From assembly GCF_009914755.1 (NCBI RefSeq), contig NC_060929.1: a stretch of DNA of 64,000 nt; one strand, given 5' to 3'. Position numbers and translations under genes: made by a program. The notes beneath the pieces are model-generated. The model saw nothing but the letters and a program-made list of their open reading frames with translations, did no database searches and was not told where the DNA came from. The stretch is from the human T2T-CHM13v2.0 reference genome, Homo sapiens. Below, piece by piece: positions 37,343 through 51,028 of the stretch. The stretch's first letter is position 1. Every line of letters starts with the position of its first letter.

Positions 37343-39854
37343 TCTCAAGGGAGGGTGGGTGGGGGTTATAAACATATTTGGCAAACAGAAGGGAAAAGCC
37401 TCCTGGAACCAAATGATGGTTAAACAATGTATAAAAAAAGAACAGAAGCTGAAAGAGTAGAGGTGAAGGAATGGGAGGAAAAATGTTTGACACCAAGTCC
37501 CAGTCATGTCCCTAGGTCTCTGGATAGACATTGATCCACTCTCTCTGAAAATCAACTAATGCAGACTTTTCTAGTACCTCTTGAAGAGTCTGTATGTATA
37601 TATGGACAGAATCTTAAATATGAAGGCTATATGTTTATTTTACATTTATCGAGCAAATACCCTATTTGTTACAAGTCTTTGTTAGGCAAAAGTCTTGAAG
37701 TTCTTTAAAAAGACTTGTGAATATTGGTGTGTGAACTGATGGCACTGAAATGCGATGCCTACAGAACACCCGATCCTTCCAGAAGAAAGAGAAGACAGAA
37801 GATTGGCAGCAACTCAAAAAGAAAGACTTCACATTCCTATGTCTTACTTGGTGCTCCTGAGAGCATTATTATTGTCATCATATGTCACTGTTAAGATAAG
37901 GAGTCTCACAGACTTGCCCAAGGCCACAGGCTAAAACAACTGAGCTAGGAATTAGAACACAAGTTCTCTGCTTCCTTGAGCTCAAGTCAGGTTTAATGTA
38001 TTTATACTTAGTTGCATAAATACCATACAGAAAAACCACTCTGGTTTCATTGCTCCAGTCTCTACCCCAAAGGGGGAGAGTCCTCTGGTACTGATCATTG
38101 GACACCAATGACAGAACACAAAAAATTCTCACCTCTGTGTTGTGTCAGCTTCCACTGAGGTCATTTTAATTCTATAACCAGTCCTTTCTTCTTATGTTCC
38201 CTGATGGGTAATTTACATGGCAAACCAGAGCCTCCTATTAAAAATATGCACACAATTTTTTCCAGTAAGACTACACTATGTATTTTTAGTGTAGAAAAAT
38301 GAAAAGGCTGACGTAAATTTTCCAGATCAGTATTTATCTAGGAAACATTCACCTATGTATTTTTTTTTCTGCTTGCCTCATTATTTTTCCATATTAAAGT
38401 AATCCCTAAATGCCACCAGGATTCTGGTATGTGTCATTATTCACCTGACACGTTCTTCTTGTTGGGACATTCTATTTGCATGCAATTGCATTATTCCACT
38501 GTTGGTGTCTCTATCAGATTCTGCAAGTGTTAATGTTGTATCTGCCACAATAACATTCAAAAAATAAAAATAAATAGTGGAGGCTTGAAGCTTCAAAAGT
38601 AATCAAAGAGATACTTCCATTATAATCTGTTTTCACCTTCAAATGCATTCATATTTCTTTTGGCCTGAAGTGAGTTTCACAGAGAGTGGATAGAAGCAAA
38701 AGAAATGATTGCATTTAAGGAAGTTTTTGTCTATGCAGTTTCTCCAATTTCTCCTTTTATTTGTTCTTCTTTCCTTTTCATTTCTTTTTATCAATTTTCT
38801 CTCAACAAGGTATTATTTTTAATACTTTGAATGTATCATTTGCAGTATGTTGAAAAGGCAAAGTTGGCAAATATGTTTGCTTTCATAAGATTGATTTTTT
38901 TCTTGCCTATGTTTCCATGAGTTGAATTTCTAACTCAGCCTCGTTCCTCTTATCTTTGTCTTGGCCATTCGCTCAGAAAAAAAGAGAAATAAAGGCTACA
39001 TTTTCAGATTTAAAAATGCATCATGGTTTTTCTCCTGAATCAAGAGCCTGAGGCCAAGCCTGGAACAGCTTAAGGATGGAGCCAGCATTCTCAGGTTGAG
39101 TCATTCACAACATGTGCCCCTGTGGGGACCTCCTCAAATTGTCTTGTGGGCACATGGCTTTGTACAGTCTTGAGAATTTGGATGTGGGGAGCATACAAAA
39201 GAAACTTGAGATAATGGTGACAAGTGGATTGGCTCAGCATGCAGCAAATATTTGAAAGGAAAGAGAACAGTGGTAGAAGGTTTAACGTTCAGTTCAGAGT
39301 GTCCCTATAGAAACACTTACAAGTCACTCTAAAGATGATCTTAAACTCTACAAGCCTGGCATGGATTACATAAAACTGACCACATACTATAACAAATTAC
39401 AAAGGTTCTTAAAGAGTTTAATTTCTCTCTACATAGAATAGATTTCTTACAATATTGTACCCGGAAACTCCATGTTGAAATTCTAGAAATTTTGCCTATT
39501 TTAGAACTGCAGCTTCTTTCTACATATGGTGTAGAGTGGTGGCAATAAATTCTGCCTTTTGTTTAGTTTCTGTTTAATTAATTAAAACAATGTTTATATT
39601 TACTCCTCACTCTCCTTACACAGTCTAAAAGTAAATGGCCAACTTACATATTTTTAGTTTCCAGAGCAAATCAATTGGGCTACCTTGGGTTCCGAATACC
39701 ACTTCAGTGTTTGTTGTTGTTGGCTTTGATTCATACTTCTTATCAGTTTCCAAGTAGAGACATCACTGCTGAAAGATCAACTGAAAAGTGCTATCTTTGT
39801 CTTCTTTCTTATCTAATTTGGCTTATCCCCATGATATATCTGGTATCTCTAAAC

Positions 39855-40384
39855 CAACAGTTCTCAAAGTGTGATCCAAGCACCTGTCTGGGTCCCTGAA
39901 CACCTTTCAGGAGTCTGTAGGGTCAAAATTACTTACATAATACTACCAAGATGTCATTTGCCTTCTGTACTCTCATGCTCTTTTGAACCTACTGTGGCAT
40001 TTCCCAGAGTCTGAAAGGTGTGCGATTACTCAGATGAACTGATTTCATTCATATCAGCTCAAATGCAGAGCAGATATGAAAATCCAGCTGTGTTCTTCTC
40101 AGTCAGGCATTAAAGAAATTTGCAAATAGATAAAACAATGCCACTTTTCTCACTATCTTTTATTTGGAAAACAGTTATTTTTCTTTAAACTCTTATTTAT
40201 GTTAATATATAACAGTTTATTGACATGATTTTTAAATGAATAAATTAATAAATATTTTACAATTTTTCAGTCATGTTCTTCTTAGGTAAACATAAAAAAA
40301 TAAAACCCACACGAACCAAAGCTTTTTTGAATCATCAATAATTTAGAACATGTTAAAGTGCAGCCAAAAGTTGGTGAACTGCTG
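39855..40384. mobile_element. hAT-Charlie DNA transposon derivative
   Basis: Degenerate terminal inverted repeats caacagttctcaaagt / agttggtgaactgctg; internal gcagatatgaaaatccagctg..cattaaagaaatttgcaaa resembles a Charlie transposase 3' end. Confidence 0.75.
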
Positions 40385-43300
40385 CTGTTTCCTCTACCCT
40401 CATTTAATTCCTTATTTCTCTATTTTGCCTTTGAGTGACTGAATCTTATTTGTGAGGCACACATTACATCTTTTTCTTTTCTTTTGTTCACAGACCCAGA
40501 TTCTTCCCCCGCAACCACCACCCACAGGCTTCCTCATAGAGCGCACCCACAGGGGTTTAACCAACTCATTTACGCTCAGCAGAGTGTGACACTGGAAGAA
40601 AATGAAGGAAAAGGGCTAGTGTAATAGAGCACTAGATGTAGTTAGCAAGTGTGGGCTCTGGTCCCTCCACCAGGGACACAAATTAATGTCCCTTTTCTGT
40701 AAAATGAGAGAAAAGATGAGTTATTTTAAAACTGCACATCACAGAGCTTTAGGACTCTGAAAATGTGACATTCCAGTGGGTAAGTGAAGTGACTGAGTGG
40801 ATAACTACATCCTCTCCCGATTCAACTAAGCAGAGCCACTTCTATGCCATCTTATGTATCTGTGTTCAGAGTAAGACCACATTTGATGAAAGAAAGTTTG
40901 CATTAAAAAGTTTGGAAACCACTTGTTTAGGTGATTCCTGAGGGCCCTTTCAGCCATAACTTGACAGAAGAGCATTGGCTCCTCATAAGAAAATGTGTTA
41001 TTCCTACTAAGACAATGTGATTTTTTTTGTTGCTGTTCTGTACTTTGTGAGTTAAGGAAGGACCTCAAATGAATTTGAGATGGAAGCCATGCACAGATCT
41101 TATGTGAAAAGGACTCAGAGAGAATTTTAATGTGCTCTATTTGTGATCAGTGTTTCTTCAACATTTGAATACAGCCCTCTAACCTGAATCTCACTCCAAC
41201 ACTTGGCTGTACTCTCTTTAATGGGGCCACTAACTTCCAAAAGCAATTTTACTTTGAAGTGGTAGAACACGACTGAGTAACAAATTCAGGAGCATGTCAG
41301 AGGAGGTTTCTTTTCTCCACTGGAGTTTATGAAACGTTCGCTTTGCTGTTGAGATTGGGAATGAAAAAAAAAAAAACCTGTAAGATCTAAACAAACTATT
41401 GAAGTAGAGGAATCAAAGCAATAAAATATTGCAATCAAGCAGTTTTTTTATTTTTACTTTAAGGAGTCTTTCATGTATAGCATTTCAGTTTTCTTTTCCT
41501 CGACTCAATAAAATATTTAGACAAGATGTTCTCTCCATTTGACAACTTAAAAAACTGAGGCCTACAGATGTGGAACAACCCATGTCGATTCACTAGCGAT
41601 AAAGAGACAGCCATAATGCAAGGATTTTGACTCATCACCTGGGTTCCTTGTTTTACATTCAGGAGAGTGGATTTCTTTCCAGTTCTAGGAAGCGGTCTAG
41701 GAATATATTTTTACAAAAGGAAGTATTTCCTGGAGAAACAATTCTCTTAGGTAGACCATGTCTGTTTTCATTTCTGGCCCACTTTTCATCTTCTTCCCCA
41801 GGAATCTAGCTCTCTCCTCCCTCTCTTTTCTTGTATAAGCATTTTATATATTTCATGTGAAATAAGTTTCAAGTAAGCTATAATTACCATTTTCATGAGA
41901 GAAAGTCTATCCATTTTCACTTCCATTTTATAGTTTTGATTATACTTTGAAAAGCTCTAGCATTTTCAAATATTTATAGTTTTAAAATATAAAGAAAAAT
42001 GCATGATCCTACTGTCATAGGTTTACCACGGAAGGAGGCAAAACAGGGACATTCTATGCTGATTTCAATTCCAGGTAAATTATTTTTTGAATTCAATTTC
42101 TCTGGAATTAGGAAAGCTACCATTTAAATGCCTAGCTTTTGAGACCCTTTTAAAACCCGTCACGATTTTGTTAAAAACAAGATCATAAGGTTTAAAAATA
42201 TTCAATGAAAAATGATTTACAAAGATTTTAAGAGATTTTTCTCATCAGTCACAGTGATGCCTCTTTCAAGATGTGCTTTCTAATCCAGTTCTGTCCAAAT
42301 TTATGACCTACTCTACAGTTTGATTTTCCTATCATTTAATGAGTGCTCAGTTTTTTCACTTGAATCATGAAAACAAGAAAACGTGAAAGATAAACAGCAC
42401 TATGGAATTCAGAATCCACACTGTTTGCTGTTCCACAGAAACTAGAATGAGTTCGTCGTGTCCTGCATTTATTGGTGACCTTAATGAAATCACTTGATGA
42501 AAGTCATGCTACCGCAGTCAGTTATTTTGAGGGGTATTTTGGGAGTTTTTTGTTTGTTTCTTTGGACCAGTTCTATAGTGAACTAAATTAGTTAATTAAT
42601 GTCAGCTCCTTCTTCTCTAATTTACATATAACCCATTTTTGTATGCTTATCTGGGAACAATTCATTATTGACTTAGCTTGGAACAGATATAATGTACTCA
42701 TCTTAGTCATCAGAAATATGCCCTACTTGGAGAAATTTTCCATTTACTTTATTTCTCAAATCCACAGACCACTTTGAAAAGTCCTTATCTACAAACAACA
42801 GCGGGGAGCAGCTTCACACTCTAAGAATTCATCACAAGCCCCTGGAGAATTTGACATATCCTTATGCATCTAACTTCTCTGCCTGAAGTAAATTTCAGCA
42901 TCAACCCTTACTTGGTGAAATGAAATTCACCCGACCATTTATTTGCATAGTTTGGAGATTATAACAACACTGATGGCTCTATTTTGAAAGGAAAAAATAT
43001 GGTCTCAATTGCTGATCAGACACAAAACAAAACAAAACTACTTCAAATTTTGCAAATTCTTACAAGGGTCTAGATTTGGAATGGAAATGAATTACTGCTT
43101 CCCTTTTACAGCTTTATCTTGATTTCCCAGTTTTATTTTCTCTTTTCACTCTTCCTCTCCTTCACAGAATTCCTACCTTCCTTTGGCCAATCTGCTGCTA
43201 TATGTCAGGCATCACCCTTTCTTTCCACATTGCTCCTCTTCTTCATTGTTCTAAGGAAATGCAATCTAGAGAATGAAAAGATGAGGTGTATCCAACTGAA

Positions 43301-43762
43301 TATTCCATCAATTGAAAAGGTCACAAGAAAAATGTTTCTTGCTTTAGAGAAGTAGAGTTTTAAATAAGACTTTTGCTTTCCTATGTTTTTGGTGAAATCC
43401 TCACTAGGTAGCAACGATGGATGTTGTCCAGTGGGGTCTCATTTTTCTCTCCATATAAACACTGGGATGTTAAATCTGGGATGTAGCAGGAGTGGTGTTA
43501 TCACAGGAACCTGGAAGAGCTTTTCCCTTTGTCCTAGTATGAAGTAACACTCTTCTGTATCCCAGAGGGCACCGTGTATTCAGTGCTACTGTTCTGATTT
43601 GTTTTGATTTATGTAATAATAATAATATTTTGGAGTGAAGTAACTCAAGTGGAAGCCATTGACAACACATCAGCTTATTGGCTTCTATATTTGGAAAGAA
43701 TCATTCACTCTTAATCAGAGGAAGAAGCTAGATTGAAAGTAGATATCAGCTAAGTTTGGTGT

Positions 43763-43805
43763 TATATAAGTCAGGGCTTTACAGAGAAACAGAATCAATA
43801 AGGTG

Positions 43806-43853
<48 letters not shown>

Positions 43854-44185
43854 TTGATTTCTTTTAAGAAATTGGCTCACATGAATGTGAGGGCTGGCAA
43901 GTGCAAAACGTACAAGGCAGGCTGGCAGGCTGGAGATCTCAAGAAGAACTGATATTGTAGTCGTGAGTCCAAAGACAGACTGAGGCAGAAATCCTTCTCT
44001 CTTCAAAGGACCTCTTAAGGCCTTCAATTGATTGGAGGGCAATCTGCTTTACTCAAAGTCTACTGATGTAAATTTTAGTCACATCTAAAATATACCTTCA
44101 CAGCAACATCTAGACTGGCATTTAACCAAACAAGTGGGCATCATAGCCTAGCCAAGTTGACATAAATATAAAATTAGCCGTCAAA
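43763..44185 (-). mobile_element. MLT2 (ERVL) solo LTR with internal (GT)n(AG)n
   Basis: agtcaggg..agagaaacagaatcaata, aagaaattggctcac, gagggcaatctgctttactcaaagtctactgat and gcctagccaagttgaca are MLT2 hallmarks. Microsatellite at 43808-43852. Confidence 0.88.
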
Positions 44186-45312
44186 AGTGGATTTTACAAT
44201 ACAGTGGTGGCAACTCATTGTGACACTCTGTCCAAGGGCACCGCTCATGTTCTTGCTGTAAGTTAACCACTGCTAAGCATCTAATAAAGGTAGCAATGTC
44301 AGACAATCTGTTGTACAGCCATGTTACTGTGGAAATAATTGGTACCATAATGATCTCTTCTACATGCACTAGCTACATAATGCATCCAGGAAGGATACAC
44401 AAAGAATGGATATACATACTAAATGCTTGCTTCTTGTAGGCACAGAACCACACAACACAGCCTCCTGCATTAGTCTGACTTTTTGAATCTGTTATATATC
44501 ACTGAAGACGTGATTTCTGTCTCATCATCATTTTAAAGTAGTGGATTCACATTTTCAATATAGGGGGCTTCTGAACCCTTCCTTCAAATGAAATGTTTGG
44601 AAGTACAGCAATGAAATGGAGCACCAACCATGCCCTGGTGCAAGTGGATTCTTCACAACTTGGCCTCACTGCCTCCCCACCATTTAAAACACCATACTGT
44701 AAAAACAGAGAAAGACCTTGTTTTTCTGTACTTCACATACTGGCAATATCAAATCTTCAGAACCAAACCACACACAAAAAAGCAAACTTTCCTCTGATAA
44801 TTTGAAACCGTTATTGTAAAACTTCTGCTTTATAAACCCACACGTCATCGTTTCAGCCATCATGTGTGGCCTCACTGGTCCCAATTTATTCTTCTATCCT
44901 TCACCAAGCCCAATTAGGTGCCTTCTCAGGCCATCACATGCTGTGGTGGTAAACAAACCTCTTACTTGGAAAGTAAGGCTACAAATGAAGTAGCCTCTTG
45001 GGTCTTCCACTCTCTGACTAAAAGGAAGCGATAGTTTCAGGGAAACATGATGAGAAGAGAAATGGCAGAGGAGACACAGGTGGGGAGTTCACTAGACAGA
45101 GTCACTGCATGGTGATGGATGTTTGTGTTGAAAATAATGAGTCAAAACTAATTTAATTTATAGTCAGTAGCCTCTCTTTAAGAGAGCAAAGGAGTATATT
45201 AGAAAGCTTCCAAGTAGATGAGTTAACATTTTTTAAAAAAAGTTTTTAGTGTACAGTATGGGTAAAAGTCAGTTTGAGAAAACTTCTTTTACATAAAACT
45301 CAGATTGCTAAT

Positions 45313-45616
45313 TAAATAATGCACTTATTTATATGATCATTTTACTCTCATCTCAAAAAATGATTTATTTTTCCAGTTCAAGCTCAATTTCAGAACTGGA
45401 AACACTGTGATGTTTATTTTTCAGGGGACCTTTTACTGTGATTATGGAAAAACAAGTACATATAAATAATTGCACTTCTTATTTACATGATCATTTTACA
45501 ATCATCTAGAAGAATGATTTATTTTTCCAGTCAAGCTCAATTTCAGAACTTGAAACACTGTGCTGTTCATCTTTGAGGAGGACCTTTTACTGTAGTTACA
45601 GAAAAACAAGCACATT
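45313..45616. repeat. Diverged tandem duplication of a ~150-bp unit (2 copies)
   Basis: Copies start at 45313 and 45463 and share blocks such as atgatcattttac, atgatttatttttccag, tcaagctcaatttcagaact, gaaacactgtg, ggaccttttactgt and gaaaaacaag. Confidence 0.93.
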
Positions 45617-45654
45617 TAATTTGTAACTAAAATAAAAAGACAACAACTATAATA

Positions 45655-45885
45655 ATCATTATTTAACAGTTACCAAGTGCTTCCTCTGGGTCAGGGACTG
45701 ATCTAAGTATTTCACAGTAATGAATTATTTAACCCTCCCACAACCCTCTGAGGTACATAATATTCTTCCCCGTTTTGCAGCTCAAGAAACAGAAGCATAG
45801 GAAATTTGGTAATTTAAGACGGTATTGCTGATACATGGAGAGACAGGATGAACATGCAGCCAGTCTGGCAAGAAACTCCACGCTC
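45655..45885 (-). mobile_element. MIR SINE
   Basis: atttaaccctcccacaaccctctgaggta...ccccgttttgcag..aagaaacagaagc resembles the MIR core. Confidence 0.75.
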
Positions 45886-46339
45886 AGGCACTCGATGGCA
45901 TGGGGTACGCTACACCCAGAGTTTTCTCAGTGAAGCCTGTGGATGAAATGGTTCTTAGTCACCGAAGGAGCATTGATAGGTAGTAGAAAGGTAAGAAGGA
46001 TTACACAATGAGAAATAGCAAAAGCCCTCAAGGAGAAAGGTGCAAAAAAGAGTGGAGAAAAGACTTCCTGGGCTGAATTGAAGTGTTCATGGGGCGTTAC
46101 AGCAAGGAGTTGGGAGAACGATGACAGAGATGGCCAGTTGATGCAGGATCTCCAGTCAAGAGTCCAAATTTGACACTGAAATCCAATAGGACGATTGGAA
46201 TCCACTGGAGGCTCATGAGTATGGGAAGTTTATAATGGAAATGACTCGGGAGAAATAAATAATCTTGGGAAGTTGGTACCATAGAGTGAGGAGAAGTTGA
46301 TTTGAGGAAAGATCTGGACTATGCTAATGTTGTGCCCGA

Positions 46340-47222
46340 ATGCTGTTTGCCAAAGAACACAGGTTAAGGTTTACATGCTTTCCCAGCAGCTCAGTGAGGT
46401 GCATTTCCCATACTATCACCAAGGTGTCCCAGGGCATCTCAGGAAATTCATAGGGGAACAGCGAATATTTTAAATTTTCAAGGGACGCAAGACCATATCT
46501 ATCAGACACAAGCAAATTATTAGCTTAAAAGCATTCACAGTTGCATCACTGAATTGTATTATATTCCTCTTAATGTCGTGTCTTTGAAAAGTTGAGTTTT
46601 CTTAAGGACGCTGTGATAAAAAGCAAGTAGCATGCAGAATTCAATTTAAAAGAGGAAATAAAGGTGGCAGCGTCCAATCTGCTTACAAGGTTTGAGAAGC
46701 TGTGAAGTGCCCAAGAGGTGCACACATGCAACCCATTAGTAAATGGTATTGGTTAAGGATGAAATAAAATAAAATTGTTTCCAGTATATGTGTGCACACA
46801 TATGAAAATATTTTTTGAGACACCAAAGGGTACCATCTTAGTCTGTTTGGGCTGCTATAACAAAATACCATAGACTGGGTGGCTTCTAAACAGCAGAACT
46901 TTATTTCTCACAGTTCTGGAAACTGAGAAGTCCAAGATCAAGAAGGCACCAGCAGATCAAGTGCCTAGTGAGGCTCTGCTTTCTAGTTCATAGAAGGCAC
47001 CTTCTTCCTGTGTGCTCACGTGATAGAAGGGGGAACAAACTCTCTGAGGCTTGTTTTGTGGTGGCACTAATCCCATTCATGACAGCTCTTCCCTCACAAC
47101 ATAATCACCTATCTCCCATACCATCACCTTTACGATAAGGGGTTCAATATATACATTTTGGGGAGACTCAAACATTCAGAACATAGCAGGAACCATGAAC
47201 TGAGAAAGTGTGCAAATTTCTA
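46340..47222. mobile_element. hAT-Charlie relic split by an MLT1A LTR
   Basis: ggaaataaaggtggcagcgtccaatctg..aggtttgagaagctgtg..cccattagtaa resembles a Charlie transposase C-terminus and appears to continue after the LTR. Confidence 0.6.
46834..47188 (-). mobile_element. MLT1A/MLT1A0 (MaLR) solo LTR
   Basis: tcttagtctgtttgggctgctataacaaaataccatagactgggtggctt ... aaacattcagaacatagca; 5-bp TSD ggtac/ggaac. Confidence 0.9.
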
Positions 47223-47479
47223 TCCAAGAGATTATGACTGTATTTACTACTTGCTACCAGTTGAAGAATGAGTTTCAAAATGTGCTAAATCTGTAGTTTT
47301 TTCAAGTGTCTGTGTATGAAAGAGAGAAAGTGCATACATGAAAGAGAAATAGAAGTTTTGCATGCATTTTGACTGTATAACACTCCTATTTTAAAAAAAG
47401 AACATTTAAGTTTTAAAAGCATAGTGACATTTACTCTTACTTCAAAATCTCCTTCTCTTTCCTTATCTAGTTTGTCCCA

Positions 47480-48350
47480 CCTTGGTAGAAATGATTTTGC
47501 TATCAAATCAGAAACCTAAGCATATCCTTTATTCTTATCTCTTTGTTACCCTTCACAGTGAACGTATCACTGAGTCTTGTTGCTTCTGCCTTCAACATGT
47601 ATCTCAAGTTCATCCATTTTTCTCTGGCCCCATGGCTCTTTGCCCAATCCACCCTCCTTCCTCCCCTAGACCTTGATGACCTCAACAGCCTCCCACGTGT
47701 CTTTCTGCATCCTTCCTTCCCCTCTTTCTGTTCTCAGCAAAACAGCCTCAATAATCTTTTGAAAATATGAACAGAATCAGGTTATTCCCTTACTTGAAAT
47801 CTTTGGTAACTTCTCATTTCATCTTATGCTAAAAAAAAGAAAATCTAAGCTACTTACCATGGCTTAGACAAATCTTACATAATTTCTTCTTCTCTATCTC
47901 TGTATCTCTGTGACCTCACCTAGATCTGCATCACATCCTCAGACTCCATGCGTCAGCCCACTATCTTCTTTCAGTTTCCCAAAGACACTGTGCTCGTCTC
48001 CCAGTTTTTATACCTCTTCCTGGAACACATCTAACCGTCATCACCAATGTGTCTGACTTCTTTAATTCTTCAGGCAACAACTTAACTATGCCTTCCTCAA
48101 AAAAACTCCCTCTGACCACACTGCCTTAAATAGAACGCTTCTAAACATTCTTAAGCAGAAATAGTCTCCTGGCCTGAACTAGTCACAGTTTTTATTTATA
48201 GTTGTCCATTTGCTTCTTTATTGCTTGTCTGGCTCCACTAAAACTGGAATGCTCTACTAGGGTAGGTGGTGGGTCTTTGCATTCAGCAGTGTATACCCAG
48301 TATCTAGCAGTGTCTTTCGCAGTATCTCTGGCATTATAAATGAATGAGGA
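47480..48350 (+). mobile_element. L2 LINE 3' portion
   Basis: Pyrimidine-rich L2 motifs ending gtgtatacccagtatctagcagtg...aaatgaatga. Confidence 0.75.
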
Positions 48351-48497
48351 AATGGGAGAGGCACCTCCTCCATCAGATGTGTGGGTTGGGGTGTAGGAGT
48401 TGTCACTTGATATATACCCACTTGATATATACTGGCTATTTTATCTAGCCTGGGTTCCTGGTCTTTGCCCCCAGATCACCTGCAGAATGGAATTTTA

Positions 48498-49420
48498 TTT
48501 TATTTTATTTATTTGTTTGTATTATACTTTAAGTTCTAGGGTACATGTGCACAATGTGCAGGTTAGTTACATATGTATACATGTGCCATGTTGGTGTGTT
48601 GCACCCAGTAACTCATCATTTAACGTTAGGTATATCTCCAAATGCTATCCCTCCCCCCCTCCCCCCACCCCACAACAGGCCCTGGTGGGTGATGTTCCCC
48701 TTCCTGTGTCTGTGTGTTCTCATTGTTCAATTCCCACCTGTGAGTGAGAACATGCAGTGTTTAGTTTTTTGTCCTTGCTATAGTTTGCTGAGAATGATGG
48801 TTTCCAGCTTCATCCATGTCCCTACAAAAGACATGAACTCATCATTTTTTATTGCTGCATAGTATTCCATGGTGTATATGTGCCACATTTTCTTAATCCA
48901 GTCTATTACTGTTGGACATTTGGGTTGGTTCCACGTCTTTGCTATAGTGAATAGTGCTGCAATAAACATACGTGTGCATGTGTCTTTATAGCAGCATGAT
49001 TTATAATCCTTTGGGTATATACCCAGTAATGGGATGGCTGGGTCAAATGGTATTTCTAGTTCTAGATACCTGAGGAATCACCACACTGACTTCCACAATG
49101 GTTGAACTAGTTTACAGTCCCACCAACAATGTAAAAGTGTTCCTGTTTCTCCACATCCTCTCCAGCACCTGTTGTTTCCTGACTTTTTAATGATTGCCAT
49201 TCTAACTGGTATGAGATGGTATCTCATTGTGGTTTTGATTTGCATTTCTCTGATGGCCAGTGATGATGAGCATTTTGTCATGTGTCTTTTGGCTGCATAA
49301 ATGTCTTCTTTTGAGAAGTGTCTGTTCATATCCTTCGCCCACTTTTTGATGAGGTTGTTTGTTTTTTTCTTGTAAATTTGTTGGAGTTCATTGTAGATTC
49401 TGGATATTAGCCCTTTGTCA
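48498..49420 (-). mobile_element. 5'-truncated primate L1 (L1PA3-PA5-like), ORF2 C-terminus + 3' UTR
   Basis: ORFs 49078..49560 and 48778..48969 give ORF2p C-terminal peptides ([55 protein letters not shown]), broken by stops. Poly-G tract and A tail present. 16-bp TSD GCAGAATGGAATTTTA at 48482-48497 and 49421-49436. Confidence 0.96.
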
Positions 49421-50667
49421 GCAGAATGGAATTTTAAAGTAACCCAATAAGGCTGTAAGATTAAGTTGAATTTAAGGACACAGATAAGGAAGCACAGTAC
49501 TTTTTCTTCCGCCTCTGAATAACTCTCCAAATCCCCTAACTTTTTGAGTACATAATACATTAAGGTTTCAGATTGTTTTCCTTGGATTACTCTTTTTCCT
49601 GTCCTAAGAACATGGCTACTTTAATACTTCCTAAATGATTTGAATATTTACCTTTTATACAAGATTTCCTGAGCAACTATTTTTCCTATGTTAAAAATTA
49701 TATCCTGGCCTTTCTATTTATAGAAGTTGTGGCGATAATGTTCATGTGAATGAAATAAGAGCAATATTTCTCATGCTATCTGCTACATACAGCATGGAAG
49801 ATGTTGCAAAGCAATATTTCAGTTTTCTGAAAATAAATCTTATTTTTCAACCATCTACTCTATTAAAAATGTTATTATGGTTCAAAATCCAGGGGAAATA
49901 ACTTTATTTGGTTCCTGAAAATAAGAAATGTGTACATAAATGAATCATAACAGTCAGAAAGGAATTTTGAAAGAACACTAATTTGCCCTGCATGTTTTTT
50001 ATTCATTTTAATTTTTAAAAATCTTAGTGAAATTTGTTTATGTTACATCAGTTTAACATTTTGCAAGTACGAAATATTTATTTATTAAATACAAGGGGGT
50101 CAGACTCTATAGTAAACACCAAAGAGAAAATAAAACCGCCTAAGACCTGGTTCCCACCTGCCGAGAGTTTACACTCTAACTGGAAGGTTAGACATGTATA
50201 TACAAAGCTATACTATGATGTCCTTTGGAATATAATTTATTCTCACAGAACACATAATAAGCAATGCTGAGATAGGAGGGGTTTCTTTTAATTCTTTTAA
50301 TTAATGAAAATGCCATGGTAAATATGGGATGCTTACTAGTCCTCGAAGAGTAGATTTCTTTATACGTAGAATTTCAAAAAAAAGTATTCTATAGAGAAGG
50401 AATGTGCCAAGAATCAGAGCTATCCTTGGAAAATATTACAAATGGATGAAGACAAGAAGCAAATTTTAGAGGTCTCTATTAGTGGCCTAAGCTGGAGGAT
50501 GGTCCAAATAATGACCCTTTATCTGCAACTGACATCCACCTCAAACATCAGGGATACATTTGGCTTAATGATGCCCTGGTGGTCATGGCCGCCTCATTTT
50601 TCCCACTCCTGCTCAGCAGAACAACACTGAGCCCTTATCTGACACTCTTCCACTCAGAAAAAAATGA

Positions 50668-51028
<361 letters not shown>

